Position numbers and translations under genes: made by a program
Sequence record: MW879341.1
Length of the DNA stretch: 64,000 nt
Reading direction: 5' to 3' (one strand)
The notes under the pieces: generated by a model
Database searches by the model: none
What the model was told of the DNA's origin: nothing
The model's input: only the letters and a program-made list of their open reading frames with translations
Shown: piece after piece, positions 8,807-18,149 of the stretch
How positions within the stretch are numbered: the stretch's first letter is position 1
Layout of the letters: each line of letters opens with the position of its first letter

Positions 8807-9283
8807 ATGAGTCAGGCAAATAAACAACTGAAGGTATTGATTCTTTCAGTTCAAACAATGCAACGTGAAGTTATCTCACGAGCAACACAATGGGCTATTG
8901 CAAACCGTGTGGAGAATTTAACGGAAGAACAGTGGTGTCATTGGTGTTCGTTGATTATTGACGACACGCTCAATGGGTTGATGAAGTGGGTGGAAGGGAA
9001 ACATGAGGATGCCTTCAACTTTCTGTTAGAAAACCTACCGTGGTTTACGTTAGACGACGATAGCGGTTTACGTACATCGTTTGAAGACTACGTGTCATTA
9101 GACGTGACCCGCAAGTACGTTACCAACCCACTGTGTGAATACGTAGGCGTTACGTGGAAGGTGTGGACTACTCGTCCTTTCGATGACGATCTTGCCGTCG
9201 AAGAGGGTATGGACTACCGTGTGCTAGAATGGTATCGCATCACTGGGAAGGAGCTACCTGCCGGACATGAAGCTGGAGTATAA
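8807..9283 (+). CDS. conserved-type hypothetical protein, first of the small-ORF array
   Basis: GGAG SD; 158 aa. Confidence 0.7.
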   Translation: MSQANKQLKVLILSVQTMQREVISRATQWAIANRVENLTEEQWCHWCSLIIDDTLNGLMKWVEGKHEDAFNFLLENLPWFTLDDDSGLRTSFEDYVSLDVTRKYVTNPLCEYVGVTWKVWTTRPFDDDLAVEEGMDYRVLEWYRITGKELPAGHEAGV

Positions 9284-9626
9284 GCAAGCATTTGTTTACG
9301 ACACCGAGCGAGTAGTTAATGAATTCTACAAATTGTTAGACAGCGTGAATTGTCCCGCCGCAATGACCATACCGGATACCGTGTTAGTGCAAGCGGTTAT
9401 GAACCAGGTTATGGGGTATTCCCCACATCGTGGTACAGCATCGCGGAGAGTATTGCATGATCTCCAACTGTTCGGTATACCGCCATTGGTCGCCGAGGAC
9501 TTATTCAATCAACTGTGTACAATAATAAGCCAGAGACTACAGTCATTGTTAGGTAGAGCTCCTTTCAGAACTGAGCATCAATGGCGACATGTAGACGACA
9601 CAAGCATTTTAATAATGGAGCAATAG
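9267..9626 (+). CDS. hypothetical protein (array member)
   Basis: Overlap-coupled ORF; helical body with a C-terminal beta-hairpin pattern. Confidence 0.65.
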   Translation: MKLEYKQAFVYDTERVVNEFYKLLDSVNCPAAMTIPDTVLVQAVMNQVMGYSPHRGTASRRVLHDLQLFGIPPLVAEDLFNQLCTIISQRLQSLLGRAPFRTEHQWRHVDDTSILIMEQ

Positions 9627-10217
9627 ATGCACGACTCAGTCATTATCGTAATTGACGATACTGTACTGTGCGACTATCTGAGCATCCAACCCGCCACTTC
9701 TGCTTTCGAGCAGGAGTGGTTGATTATGCTCGCAATCGCACTATGGGATAATTCCCAAAGTAATGGGGACGCTGGGGAAGACTTAGGTCAGTGGTTAATG
9801 CGTTATTTACCAGCACACCATAACGAGACACTGTGCTTTATGTCAAGTTATACGAATGCGAACTACAGTGTGACGCTGTTGAATGTGGTTCGAATTATCA
9901 TCGATGTCGTTAATGATCTTGTAGAGTTGATTAACCGCCACTTTGATCGTGCGTTGTCAGGTTACGTGTATGCTGGAGGTTGGACTATCACCAGTATCCA
10001 CTTTGCAGACGGAGTGTACATTCGTTATGACAGGACCTATATCAATGAACTCCAAAGCGCCGCTGACAGCTTACTGCCTAGACTTGACCTCATACAGCGA
10101 AACGTTCAAGGCACATCTCGGGGTACTTTGGGATTCCGCACACAAAGAGTGTCTGGAGGCGATCGCCATCCTCTCACATCGCAGGTGGATAACCAATACC
10201 CATCTCGATTCCGTTAG
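9627..10217 (+). CDS. hypothetical protein (array member)
   Basis: GGAG SD. The last ~57 codons overlap the next ORF. Confidence 0.6.
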   Translation: MHDSVIIVIDDTVLCDYLSIQPATSAFEQEWLIMLAIALWDNSQSNGDAGEDLGQWLMRYLPAHHNETLCFMSSYTNANYSVTLLNVVRIIIDVVNDLVELINRHFDRALSGYVYAGGWTITSIHFADGVYIRYDRTYINELQSAADSLLPRLDLIQRNVQGTSRGTLGFRTQRVSGGDRHPLTSQVDNQYPSRFR

Positions 10218-10434
10218 TTTAATCGCAGTGTCCTCCACCCTGACCAAACATTGGGGGTATTTAGAGCCCCCGGAATCTGGAAAGGTATACGACATCTTAG
10301 GGAACATGTTGATCTGTTGTTCTAATGAATGTTGGTTGTTGTTCCAAGACGTGTTTGACGATCGTACTCGCCACTCACGACTTACGGATGTAAAGGTTGA
10401 CGATTTATACACGATAGTTATGATTTTTGAGTGA
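10045..10434 (+). CDS. hypothetical protein (array member)
   Basis: ATG at 10045 (MNSKAP) with AGGA upstream, inside track ORF 9943-10434. Confidence 0.55.
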   Translation: MNSKAPLTAYCLDLTSYSETFKAHLGVLWDSAHKECLEAIAILSHRRWITNTHLDSVSLIAVSSTLTKHWGYLEPPESGKVYDILGNMLICCSNECWLLFQDVFDDRTRHSRLTDVKVDDLYTIVMIFE

Positions 10435-10441
10435 GGTATGT

Positions 10442-10855
10442 ATGGCTTCCCCGGTTTTCTGTATGGCGTACGATTTGCGGTTTCTGGGGAGCGGCCCACA
10501 CTTTGATGAATTAGCACGCTATTTCAGTTTCGAGCAAATCGTCCACTACGCTGTCGATGGGTACTACAGTTCTTTTGATTCCGAGGCAACTGAAGAGTGG
10601 AAAGATATCATCGATTGTAACCTGACTGAGTTGCTGGATTCAGATTACTCGCTCCCACTCACAATCGACAAACGTGCCATAGTTGAGTACTACATAAGTC
10701 AAATGAGTATGTACGTTGGGTGGTTAGGTAAGTATATCGCCTTTCCTAAAGAAGGATACCACACAGTAGTACATAACGTCATCGTTAACCATTACGATGT
10801 CTATGTTGTGTGTGATAATTTGGAGGGACCGGTGTATGCATGGCAATTACAATAA
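10442..10855 (+). CDS. hypothetical protein (array member)
   Basis: GAGGT SD before ATG 10442. Confidence 0.65.
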   Translation: MASPVFCMAYDLRFLGSGPHFDELARYFSFEQIVHYAVDGYYSSFDSEATEEWKDIIDCNLTELLDSDYSLPLTIDKRAIVEYYISQMSMYVGWLGKYIAFPKEGYHTVVHNVIVNHYDVYVVCDNLEGPVYAWQLQ

Positions 10856-11255
10856 CCCACGGTACAATAGCAGCACTGCTTTATGGTGCGCTTATAACCT
10901 ACCTGACCAGGACAATAGTTTCAGGTTAGTAGCGAGCAGCATGAATATAGAGGTGACCAGCTTTAGTTGGTTGTGTCTTCATATCGCCGTATTGAGACTC
11001 AGGGGTGTTGGTACGTCTGAGCAAGATCGCGAGGTTGCTGTTTGGTTAGAACAGAGCTTGGGGACGACAGTGGAGGAGGACATTAATTTCTACAATATCT
11101 TAATACAGAATGTAGACATATTAGCAGACCTCCTCTGTGCAATCGTTGCCAAAACTATCAACGTATCAGCGTACGAGTGGATCTCAGCGAATCAGGTAAT
11201 CCTTTCACCTGACTCAATGTTAATCGGCTTAAACGTCGTCGAGAGCTTAGTATGA
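10836..11255 (+). CDS. hypothetical protein (array member)
   Basis: GGAGGG SD before ATG 10836. Confidence 0.65.
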   Translation: MHGNYNNPRYNSSTALWCAYNLPDQDNSFRLVASSMNIEVTSFSWLCLHIAVLRLRGVGTSEQDREVAVWLEQSLGTTVEEDINFYNILIQNVDILADLLCAIVAKTINVSAYEWISANQVILSPDSMLIGLNVVESLV

Positions 11256-11614
11256 ATAATAATGAATATGATAATCTCATCGTAGAAACCGATAAGATTT
11301 TCGAATACGTGTTGCAGCGTAATGTAGGGTTCGTACAAATCCTATACACTGCCGAAGAATTATTGTCTATGGGTATCACGACCTTCAATTGTCATCGCAT
11401 GGGACAACTGGACCCATCTGCTAATAACAACCGCTACCTGCGTGAAGCCTATCCTGGTGCTAACGAAGACCTGGAGTTGTTATTCGACCTGTTGGACCAA
11501 ATCCGAATCCGCGTGGAGCAAAACGTCTCTGCTGCCGTTGCACGGTATGGTCAAGGTCGTCCTGTAGCAAACGTCCTGTTCCACGACTTTACCTTGTTGG
11601 TTGTTCTAGGGTAA
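11252..11614 (+). CDS. hypothetical protein (array member)
   Basis: Start overlaps the upstream stop. Confidence 0.7.
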   Translation: MNNNEYDNLIVETDKIFEYVLQRNVGFVQILYTAEELLSMGITTFNCHRMGQLDPSANNNRYLREAYPGANEDLELLFDLLDQIRIRVEQNVSAAVARYGQGRPVANVLFHDFTLLVVLG

Positions 11615-11619
11615 CAGCT

Positions 11620-12015
11620 ATGTATTTAGTCTTCGGTAATCCTGAGTTGGACGAGTTATTACTAACCGTCCAGTCTCATCAATTTATAGACGTGCCACCT
11701 AACCCTTGGATGGCCGCCAATTACGTAACAAGGGCCGTTAGGTTTTTGCTGGGTGAGGATCTTACCGAGGACCAACATTTCGAAGAGTTCGTATTAGACT
11801 CATTGGAGCATTTGATCAATGAGTTCCTACGGAAACTTAATATGCCCTTTGCGAATGTGGACCTTCATGCCGAATCATGTGACCCATTCAACTTTTTCTT
11901 TATACTGGAGTTAAACGATGGATGTACTCGGCAAGGCCAATCTCCGCGACACCGTGAACTTTTCACTTTACAGTCGTACGCAAGCCATAATCAACATCAA
12001 TTTCAACGGATCTAA
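11620..12015 (+). CDS. hypothetical protein (array member)
   Basis: 131 aa; its tail overlaps the next ORF by ~98 nt. Confidence 0.6.
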   Translation: MYLVFGNPELDELLLTVQSHQFIDVPPNPWMAANYVTRAVRFLLGEDLTEDQHFEEFVLDSLEHLINEFLRKLNMPFANVDLHAESCDPFNFFFILELNDGCTRQGQSPRHRELFTLQSYASHNQHQFQRI

Positions 12016-12331
12016 AATCCTTGCGAAGTTAGATGCTGAGTCAGTACCGGCTGGTAGCGTAGATCCATATGCGTTACACGCTAACGTGTTTGGAACACTG
12101 CCTGAAGGAACGCCTTCTTCAGCAGACGACTACAACTGGTTGAAGATTCGACTGGCTAACGGTACTACCACGTACATTGGCGAACCGTACATTCTGGCAT
12201 CAACGTTAACTGTTGTGGATGGGGCTACTGTAGCCTTCTATGTCGACAATGCTAACCAAGATGTCATCAATGCGGTGACAGCAGCAATTGCAACCACAGG
12301 GAACAAAGTTGCAAAAGTTGTGTTTGTATAG
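11918..12331 (+). CDS. conserved phiKZ-like core protein (gp49-like by position)
   Basis: GGAG SD; immediately precedes the DNA polymerase, as in the phiKZ gene order. Confidence 0.6.
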   Translation: MDVLGKANLRDTVNFSLYSRTQAIININFNGSKILAKLDAESVPAGSVDPYALHANVFGTLPEGTPSSADDYNWLKIRLANGTTTYIGEPYILASTLTVVDGATVAFYVDNANQDVINAVTAAIATTGNKVAKVVFV

Positions 12332-12340
12332 CTATTATAT

Positions 12341-12445
12341 GAATTACACTCCGTGTCAGGCTTTCTACGGATGGAGAGTCGGAGTCAGTGGTTCGATTCC
12401 TTAAATAGCGCACATTGAGGCACTCCTTCGGGAGTGCCTTTTATG
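12341..12445 (+). ncRNA. candidate small RNA
   Basis: Lies between TAGCTATTATATG (12329-12341) and a cUUCGg terminator. Has an actccg/cggagt stem, an ACGGAU loop and GGTTCGATTCC. Confidence 0.4.
12418..12445 (+). terminator. intrinsic terminator
   Basis: aggcactcc-TTCG-ggagtgcct followed by TTTATG. Confidence 0.85.
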
Positions 12446-12511
12446 CTGTCTTTCTTTTTTTACAGACCTTGGTGATTGTATGACGAAGTACAAACTGAGG
12501 AATGTAGAAGA

Positions 12512-14632
12512 ATGTTTACACTTGCACGCGAAGAATACACCCGTGACCTGGATATGGTAAAACACTACCTCCACGACGCGGCCACGTATATGGCTACCGT
12601 GAAGGGGTTGCCTTACGACGTCTGTTATGAGCGCATCAAAGAGTCAATTGCTCCAGGCGGTCAGTTTGAAATGAAAGACCCTCGTGTTCTTTACCTGGCA
12701 AAAGAAACCGAAGGGAACCGTGAAGTCTATACCGGTACAATGTCAGACTACCTGAAGACGGTGGCTGAGAAACAATGTATTATGTCGGCTACGATGGCGG
12801 TGTATCTGAACCCAGCTGAGAAACAATCCATGCTGGCACAATACATCATGGGGAACTTACAGAAACGTAAGGACGTTAAGAAGAAAATGTTTGAGTGCGA
12901 TATGAAAGGCGATAAAGCCGGTAAAGCATTCAACAACATCTTGCAGACTACTTATAAGGTAAAGAACAACAGTCTGTCAGGTGCACACGCATCAGCTTCC
13001 ACCCCACTGTTTATTAAGTCAGGTCACTCGACTTTGACCAGTCTGTGTCGTGGTGCCTCTGGTACAGCAAACGCAGCTAACGAACGTTTCATTACAGGTA
13101 ACCGTCACTACTACAACTTGGATATCACGCTTTGGAATATTACGAGCATTATCGCACACAGCGATTATGACAATATCAAAGTGGCTATGGACGAACACGG
13201 TCTAGCCTATCCAACGGTTGAGCAGACTCTGGGTATCATCAAACGTTCTACTGACCTCTACTGGCAGACAGAAGAGAAGATGGAAAGCATTATCCGTCTG
13301 GTTACGGGTATGACTCCTATCCAGCGTGCTGCCTTCTGCTACACTGGCGACTTCTGGCACATGAAAGAGTTCAATGATGCCTTTATGCGTCAGATGATCA
13401 CTACTCTGATTACTAAGCGCGTCTATGATGTCGAAGATGCCAAGTCTGTAATCAAAGCTCTGGATGATGACCAGTTCGCATTGGTTGGTTTGTTCTGTGG
13501 TCCTATCTTGAATGGCTCAACCATTTGGGACGTTGTAGGTGAAGGTGGTGATCGTCTGCGTTATGTGAGTTCAATCGCACACGGCCTGATGGATAACATC
13601 GCGAAGTATGCTTCTATTTATAAAGCATTCTTTGTTACCGCTAACGTACCTGGTTCTCTGGCAGCATTCCCAACGTCTGTTCGCCGTACTGCTATCGTGT
13701 CTGATACAGACTCAACGATCTTTACTGTACAGGACTGGACTACCTGGTTCTCTGGACAGTTAGACTTCTCAGAACAGTCTACTGACGTTGCATCAATCGT
13801 GGTGTACTTTACCTCACAGCTGGTTAAACACTATCTGGCCGTGATGTCTGGTAACATGGGTATTATCCCAGAGAAAATCCACACTGTATCAATGAAGAAC
13901 GAATATATGTTCCCGGTCTTCGCATTAACTCCGCGTGCTAAGCACTACTACGCATGTATGTCAGCGCGTGAAGGTAACGTATACGTCGAGCACGAAACTG
14001 AGATTAAGGGTGTATCCCTGAAGTCTTCTAAAGTACCTGACGAAGTTATGCGTGGGGCTAACGAACTTATCGAACACATCATGGCAACGATTAAGAACTG
14101 TGAAGAGATTGATCTCCAACAGATTCTGAAAGATGTAGCTGATCGTGAGCGTGAGATCGAACGTAGTATCCGTGCCGGTGAAACTCGTTACCTGACTACA
14201 GCACAGGTTAAAGCTCCTGAGTTCTACGCTAAGCCTGAGAGTTCTCCATATGGTCACTACGTCATGTGGCAGGACGTATTTGCTGACAAGTACGGTAATA
14301 CCGAAGCACCTCCGTTCTTCGCAATCAAAGCATCTGTAGCAGCTAACAACAAAACGAAGTTCGCTGATTGGATTGCCAGCATTGAAGATCGTGACCTGGC
14401 ACTGCGTTTAGAAACCTGGTCTCAGAAGTACGGGAAAGAAACCATGACCACGATTATGCTTCCAGCAAGCATCGTCCAGTCCGGTGGTGTACCGAAAGAG
14501 ATCACCGATATCATCGATGTTCGCAAGATTATCTATAACACGATGGAAGCCTACTATCTGATCTTAGAATCGTTGGGTTACTATATCAACGTAGATGACA
14601 GTATTTCAAACCTCATCTCAGATCGCCACTAA
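12512..14632 (+). CDS. family-B DNA polymerase, catalytic (motif B/C) subunit, phiKZ gp50-like
   Basis: YKVKNNSLSG (motif B-like), SDTDS (motif C) and EIKGV. It lacks the exonuclease and motif A, which are encoded at 50896-52593. Start could be the TTG at 12476. Confidence 0.9.
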   Translation: MFTLAREEYTRDLDMVKHYLHDAATYMATVKGLPYDVCYERIKESIAPGGQFEMKDPRVLYLAKETEGNREVYTGTMSDYLKTVAEKQCIMSATMAVYLNPAEKQSMLAQYIMGNLQKRKDVKKKMFECDMKGDKAGKAFNNILQTTYKVKNNSLSGAHASASTPLFIKSGHSTLTSLCRGASGTANAANERFITGNRHYYNLDITLWNITSIIAHSDYDNIKVAMDEHGLAYPTVEQTLGIIKRSTDLYWQTEEKMESIIRLVTGMTPIQRAAFCYTGDFWHMKEFNDAFMRQMITTLITKRVYDVEDAKSVIKALDDDQFALVGLFCGPILNGSTIWDVVGEGGDRLRYVSSIAHGLMDNIAKYASIYKAFFVTANVPGSLAAFPTSVRRTAIVSDTDSTIFTVQDWTTWFSGQLDFSEQSTDVASIVVYFTSQLVKHYLAVMSGNMGIIPEKIHTVSMKNEYMFPVFALTPRAKHYYACMSAREGNVYVEHETEIKGVSLKSSKVPDEVMRGANELIEHIMATIKNCEEIDLQQILKDVADREREIERSIRAGETRYLTTAQVKAPEFYAKPESSPYGHYVMWQDVFADKYGNTEAPPFFAIKASVAANNKTKFADWIASIEDRDLALRLETWSQKYGKETMTTIMLPASIVQSGGVPKEITDIIDVRKIIYNTMEAYYLILESLGYYINVDDSISNLISDRH

Positions 14633-14642
14633 CGGCATACAA

Positions 14643-14672
14643 CACTCTCTACCCCGCAAAGGGTAGAGAGTG
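14643..14672. terminator. bidirectional terminator between convergent genes
   Basis: actctctacc...ggtagagagt, nearly identical to hairpins at 44327 and 56647. Confidence 0.75.
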
Positions 14673-14676
14673 AGTT

Positions 14677-15771
14677 TTACTTTTGTACGTATGCTGCGAC
14701 TTGAGTCTCAAAGTCCAACAGTAACGACTTACGAACCGGTTGAGGTGCCGCATCAAAAAGACGGTCATTCTTGATACGCTGGATAAGTCTCCAGACGTGG
14801 TTACGTTCTTGTTGGTTCTGCACGTTGTCAAACTTAGCTGACGCAGAGAGTGCCAGTGAAGCGTAAGGAACGTAAGCAACCTCTAACACCCATTGGTTCT
14901 GGCGATGTACGACAGTATAAGGAAGTTGGACAAAAGCTAACATACTGCTTTTGGTTGCAGTAGGGATTAGGTCCATTAACTCTTTGTACTCAAACCGGTT
15001 AAGCTTGATACTGTCGACAATCTGCCCTACCACGCGGTCTACGCTTGTGTAGTTGGTGGCAATAGCAATAGGTGTCTGTTTACCCTCACGGGCTACAGGC
15101 GTACCGTTCCAAGTATTCAGGATACGGTTAAACCAAGCCAGGGTTGTTTGACTAACCAGTAGGTTGGGTAAGACATACTGCGCAATGAACTGTTGGTTAC
15201 GTTCACGGTTGCCGGTTTCAATATTCAGCTGAGACTTAACCCACCCGTAGTACTGGACCGCTAATAAAGGAATGTCGATGGCGATAACCACATACCCATC
15301 TGGAACATTGGACTGTTTACCGTCTGGTAACGCCATGTCTAAATCTGTCAGGGTATGTCGAATCACTTTTAGTGCTTCTATATTACGCCAGTCCTTTAAC
15401 GCTTTCTCAGGGTCGATATCAAAGTCGACACTAACTAACCACTCTTGTCCGTCAAGGCCGTAGAACCAACCACGTTCACCCTGTGTGGGTTTCTGGTTAG
15501 TGGGTGCAATGATACCTGCACCCAGACAAAGGTTTGGAACGAAGTCGGTGATAGCGTTAAAGTATTTTCTTACATCGTCGTACAAAGGTATGGAGAAACT
15601 GCCGACCAAACGCGAGAGTATGTGCGCAGAGTCCACCGCTTCACCACTGGCAAACCAATGTCCTTTGAGTCTAGAGATGTTTTCATCCCAGCGACGACGG
15701 ACAGCTTCGAAGGCTTGATAGTGATATCGTGGTGTGCCATTGGTACGGGGCGTTTCAAACAAGCTATACAT
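14677..15771 (-). CDS. conserved phiKZ-like core protein (gp52-like by position)
   Basis: 364-aa ORF on the opposite strand between the polymerase and chimallin, the canonical arrangement. Confidence 0.7.
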   Translation of the reverse strand: MYSLFETPRTNGTPRYHYQAFEAVRRRWDENISRLKGHWFASGEAVDSAHILSRLVGSFSIPLYDDVRKYFNAITDFVPNLCLGAGIIAPTNQKPTQGERGWFYGLDGQEWLVSVDFDIDPEKALKDWRNIEALKVIRHTLTDLDMALPDGKQSNVPDGYVVIAIDIPLLAVQYYGWVKSQLNIETGNRERNQQFIAQYVLPNLLVSQTTLAWFNRILNTWNGTPVAREGKQTPIAIATNYTSVDRVVGQIVDSIKLNRFEYKELMDLIPTATKSSMLAFVQLPYTVVHRQNQWVLEVAYVPYASLALSASAKFDNVQNQQERNHVWRLIQRIKNDRLFDAAPQPVRKSLLLDFETQVAAYVQK

Positions 15772-15966
15772 GAAACCTCCGAGTTAAGTATTTTTTTACT
15801 TTGAATGCTCTATATTATAGAACGAATGACTGCCGCAAGGTGGTCGTCGGGAAAAGGGTTATATAACGTAGTCTAAAAACTTTACCTGCAAATGACACAT
15901 TGTATGTAGAGTAATCTACGGTGCCCTTAACCGGGCATAATACCCTATGGGGTAGTTTCAAGATTA

Positions 15967-15983
15967 TTTCAGATATACATTAC
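15967..15983 (+). promoter_or_regulatory. early promoter of chimallin
   Basis: tttcagatatacattac, preceded by aagatta as at 30372. Confidence 0.75.
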
Positions 15984-16040
15984 CTTTGTGATTAGTAATG
16001 GAACTAATCCAAACATTGCAATGTTTAAGGAATCGCAAAG

Positions 16041-18149
16041 ATGGCACTGAAACGTAACGAGTCAGATAAGGCCGACGGGTCTTCTGGCATGGGGTCATTA
16101 GGGGACGCGCTTTTAGAAGCCGCCGCCAAGAAACCAGACAGCGCCGTAGCTGGCGAATTGTTAGCTGGAGGTGAACGTTCACTGGAGTCGGGTAATGCAC
16201 AGGTAATTAACCCAGAGCCTGTAGCACAACCAATCCCAGCGGCTACACCAGTACAACCAGCGCCTACCGCTCGTCCTGTACAACCAGCAGCACCAACCCA
16301 TAACCACAATTCACAAACTTTCGAAAGCAAGGAACAAAAGATGGAACAAGTTAACGCATACTACGGTCTGGACGATTCTTACTCTGGCCTGAACCGTACT
16401 CTGGGTCTGACCTCTGGCGCTGTAGACGTCAACGAGTTCAAGAAGATCGCAGAGAGCATCCTGGAAAACGATCCGGCTGCATCTAAAAGCTCTTACGGCA
16501 AGCCTTCCTTTATTACTCTGGAAGCTGCTGCCCTGGGTCTGCCGTGCAACGCACTGGCGATCGTAATGAACGCACGTAACGGCGCACAGAACGTGCCGCT
16601 GGTTTACACCCTGCTGATGGAACCATCAGAGCCGCTGGCACCACGCGAATACAATGTAGGCAACTACACTGTTGAGCTGAAAGCTGTAACTGGCGATATC
16701 TACGGTGACGACTTCGCTCGTGCTGTGATGAACCACGTTAAGAAAGTGACCAACTCCGATGCCGATCCAATCGACACCGGCGCTAACGTTGTACCGAACG
16801 GCCTGAGCCTGAAGGACGACGAAAACGCAACTCACGTTCGCAGCATCCTGTTCTTCGCATTCGGCGCACTGAACACCGTTTCCGACGTAATGTTCGGTAC
16901 TCAGAAATTCCTGAGCCTGAAAGTGTCTGGCCAACAGCAGCTGCTGGCTAACATCAACTGGTCTGGCAAACAGCTGGAAACTGCTGCGGGTAACCCTATC
17001 CGTGCAGACATCGTGCTGACCACCACCAAGCGTGCTCGCTTCGACCGTAACCAGACTGCTGCACACGCTGCCGCAACTCGTCCGGTAACTGCGCTGGCTG
17101 CGTACATGGACCTGTTCTACGCACCACCGCGTATCGAAGAGAACCCGAACCAGCAGCAGTACGGCTACAGCAGCTACGGTATCCCTGCGGATGCTAAAGT
17201 AATGTGGTACCCACGTATGGTTATCACTCGCTGCCTGCCACTGGGCAAAGTGATCAACGTTGGTGAACTGCTGCTGACTCTGGCGACTGCTACCGTTATC
17301 GGTACCAAGCACACCTGGATCAACGGCTTCCGTCCGGTGCGTGGTCAGGTTGGTATCCACGACATCGGTGGTCTGGGTTGGGAACATGAGTTCGTGAAAG
17401 GCCAGCTGGCTCCTATCGATTCTCAGGACCCTAAATTCAGCCTGCCTGGTCTGCTGAGCCAGACTGTTGTAGACAACCTGTTCTACAGCATGGACATCGA
17501 CGAAGTTGGTGACCTGACCTGGCTGGAAAGCTCACTGCTGGCAATTGCCCGTGGTGGTGAAGAAGCTGCTGCTGCGAACGATTACATCATCGCCGCTGCA
17601 AACGCACTGACCGATAACAAGTTCTCTGAGTGCTACGACGTGACTCAGCCGATTCTGGTTAACGAAGTCGTGCGCGTACACACTGGCTACTACATGGAAG
17701 GTGACCAGAAAGTTGACCTGCGTAACATCGACCACCTGGCAGTCCTGAACATGACCGGTAAGAACGGTTTTGGTCTGGCACAGAAATGGTCTAACGCGCT
17801 GGTAGACTACCCGAACAACAACGCACTGTCTCAGCAGGAACGTCAGAACATCCTGGGTGAGCTGGCACCGAACGCTGTGATCAACGGCTACGCATCTCGC
17901 GTGACCTTCAACTCCGCGTTCCTGTTCGGTCTGGCGTCTGCGATCTCTAAAGCTGGCACCACTCTGGTTGTCAACGACGATGGCCGTCAGGCTACTCAGG
18001 AAGCTCGCGTGACTGCATCTTACGCGTCCTTCGGTCAGGGTAACGTGTACACCACCTCCCTGGTATCTCAAGGTTACGGCAATGGTCAGAACCGTTCTCC
18101 GCGTGCTGTACAGACTCCTGTGTCTGGCAACATCTGGGGCAACATCTAA
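16041..18149 (+). CDS. chmA: chimallin, the major phage-nucleus shell protein (phiKZ gp54 / 201phi2-1 gp105 family)
   Basis: Blocks GNPIRADIVL, HDIGGLG, GYY...DLRNIDHLAVLN and RVTFNSAF match the chimallin family. Sits directly upstream of the nvRNAP beta' gene, with an early promoter, extreme high-expression codon bias and a flexible C-terminal tail. Confidence 0.9.
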   Translation: MALKRNESDKADGSSGMGSLGDALLEAAAKKPDSAVAGELLAGGERSLESGNAQVINPEPVAQPIPAATPVQPAPTARPVQPAAPTHNHNSQTFESKEQKMEQVNAYYGLDDSYSGLNRTLGLTSGAVDVNEFKKIAESILENDPAASKSSYGKPSFITLEAAALGLPCNALAIVMNARNGAQNVPLVYTLLMEPSEPLAPREYNVGNYTVELKAVTGDIYGDDFARAVMNHVKKVTNSDADPIDTGANVVPNGLSLKDDENATHVRSILFFAFGALNTVSDVMFGTQKFLSLKVSGQQQLLANINWSGKQLETAAGNPIRADIVLTTTKRARFDRNQTAAHAAATRPVTALAAYMDLFYAPPRIEENPNQQQYGYSSYGIPADAKVMWYPRMVITRCLPLGKVINVGELLLTLATATVIGTKHTWINGFRPVRGQVGIHDIGGLGWEHEFVKGQLAPIDSQDPKFSLPGLLSQTVVDNLFYSMDIDEVGDLTWLESSLLAIARGGEEAAAANDYIIAAANALTDNKFSECYDVTQPILVNEVVRVHTGYYMEGDQKVDLRNIDHLAVLNMTGKNGFGLAQKWSNALVDYPNNNALSQQERQNILGELAPNAVINGYASRVTFNSAFLFGLASAISKAGTTLVVNDDGRQATQEARVTASYASFGQGNVYTTSLVSQGYGNGQNRSPRAVQTPVSGNIWGNI

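Noticed and set aside
12386-12402. tRNA gene suggested by GGTTCGATTCC
   Set aside because: Only 2-3 bp of T-stem, and no acceptor, D or anticodon arms in register. Kept only as part of the sRNA candidate.
16626-18071. Long antisense ORFs (253 and 179 aa) opposite chimallin, and similar ones such as 61151-61936, 33629-34213 and 63349-63998
   Set aside because: These are expected shadows of strongly codon-biased sense genes, with no SD and non-protein-like composition.
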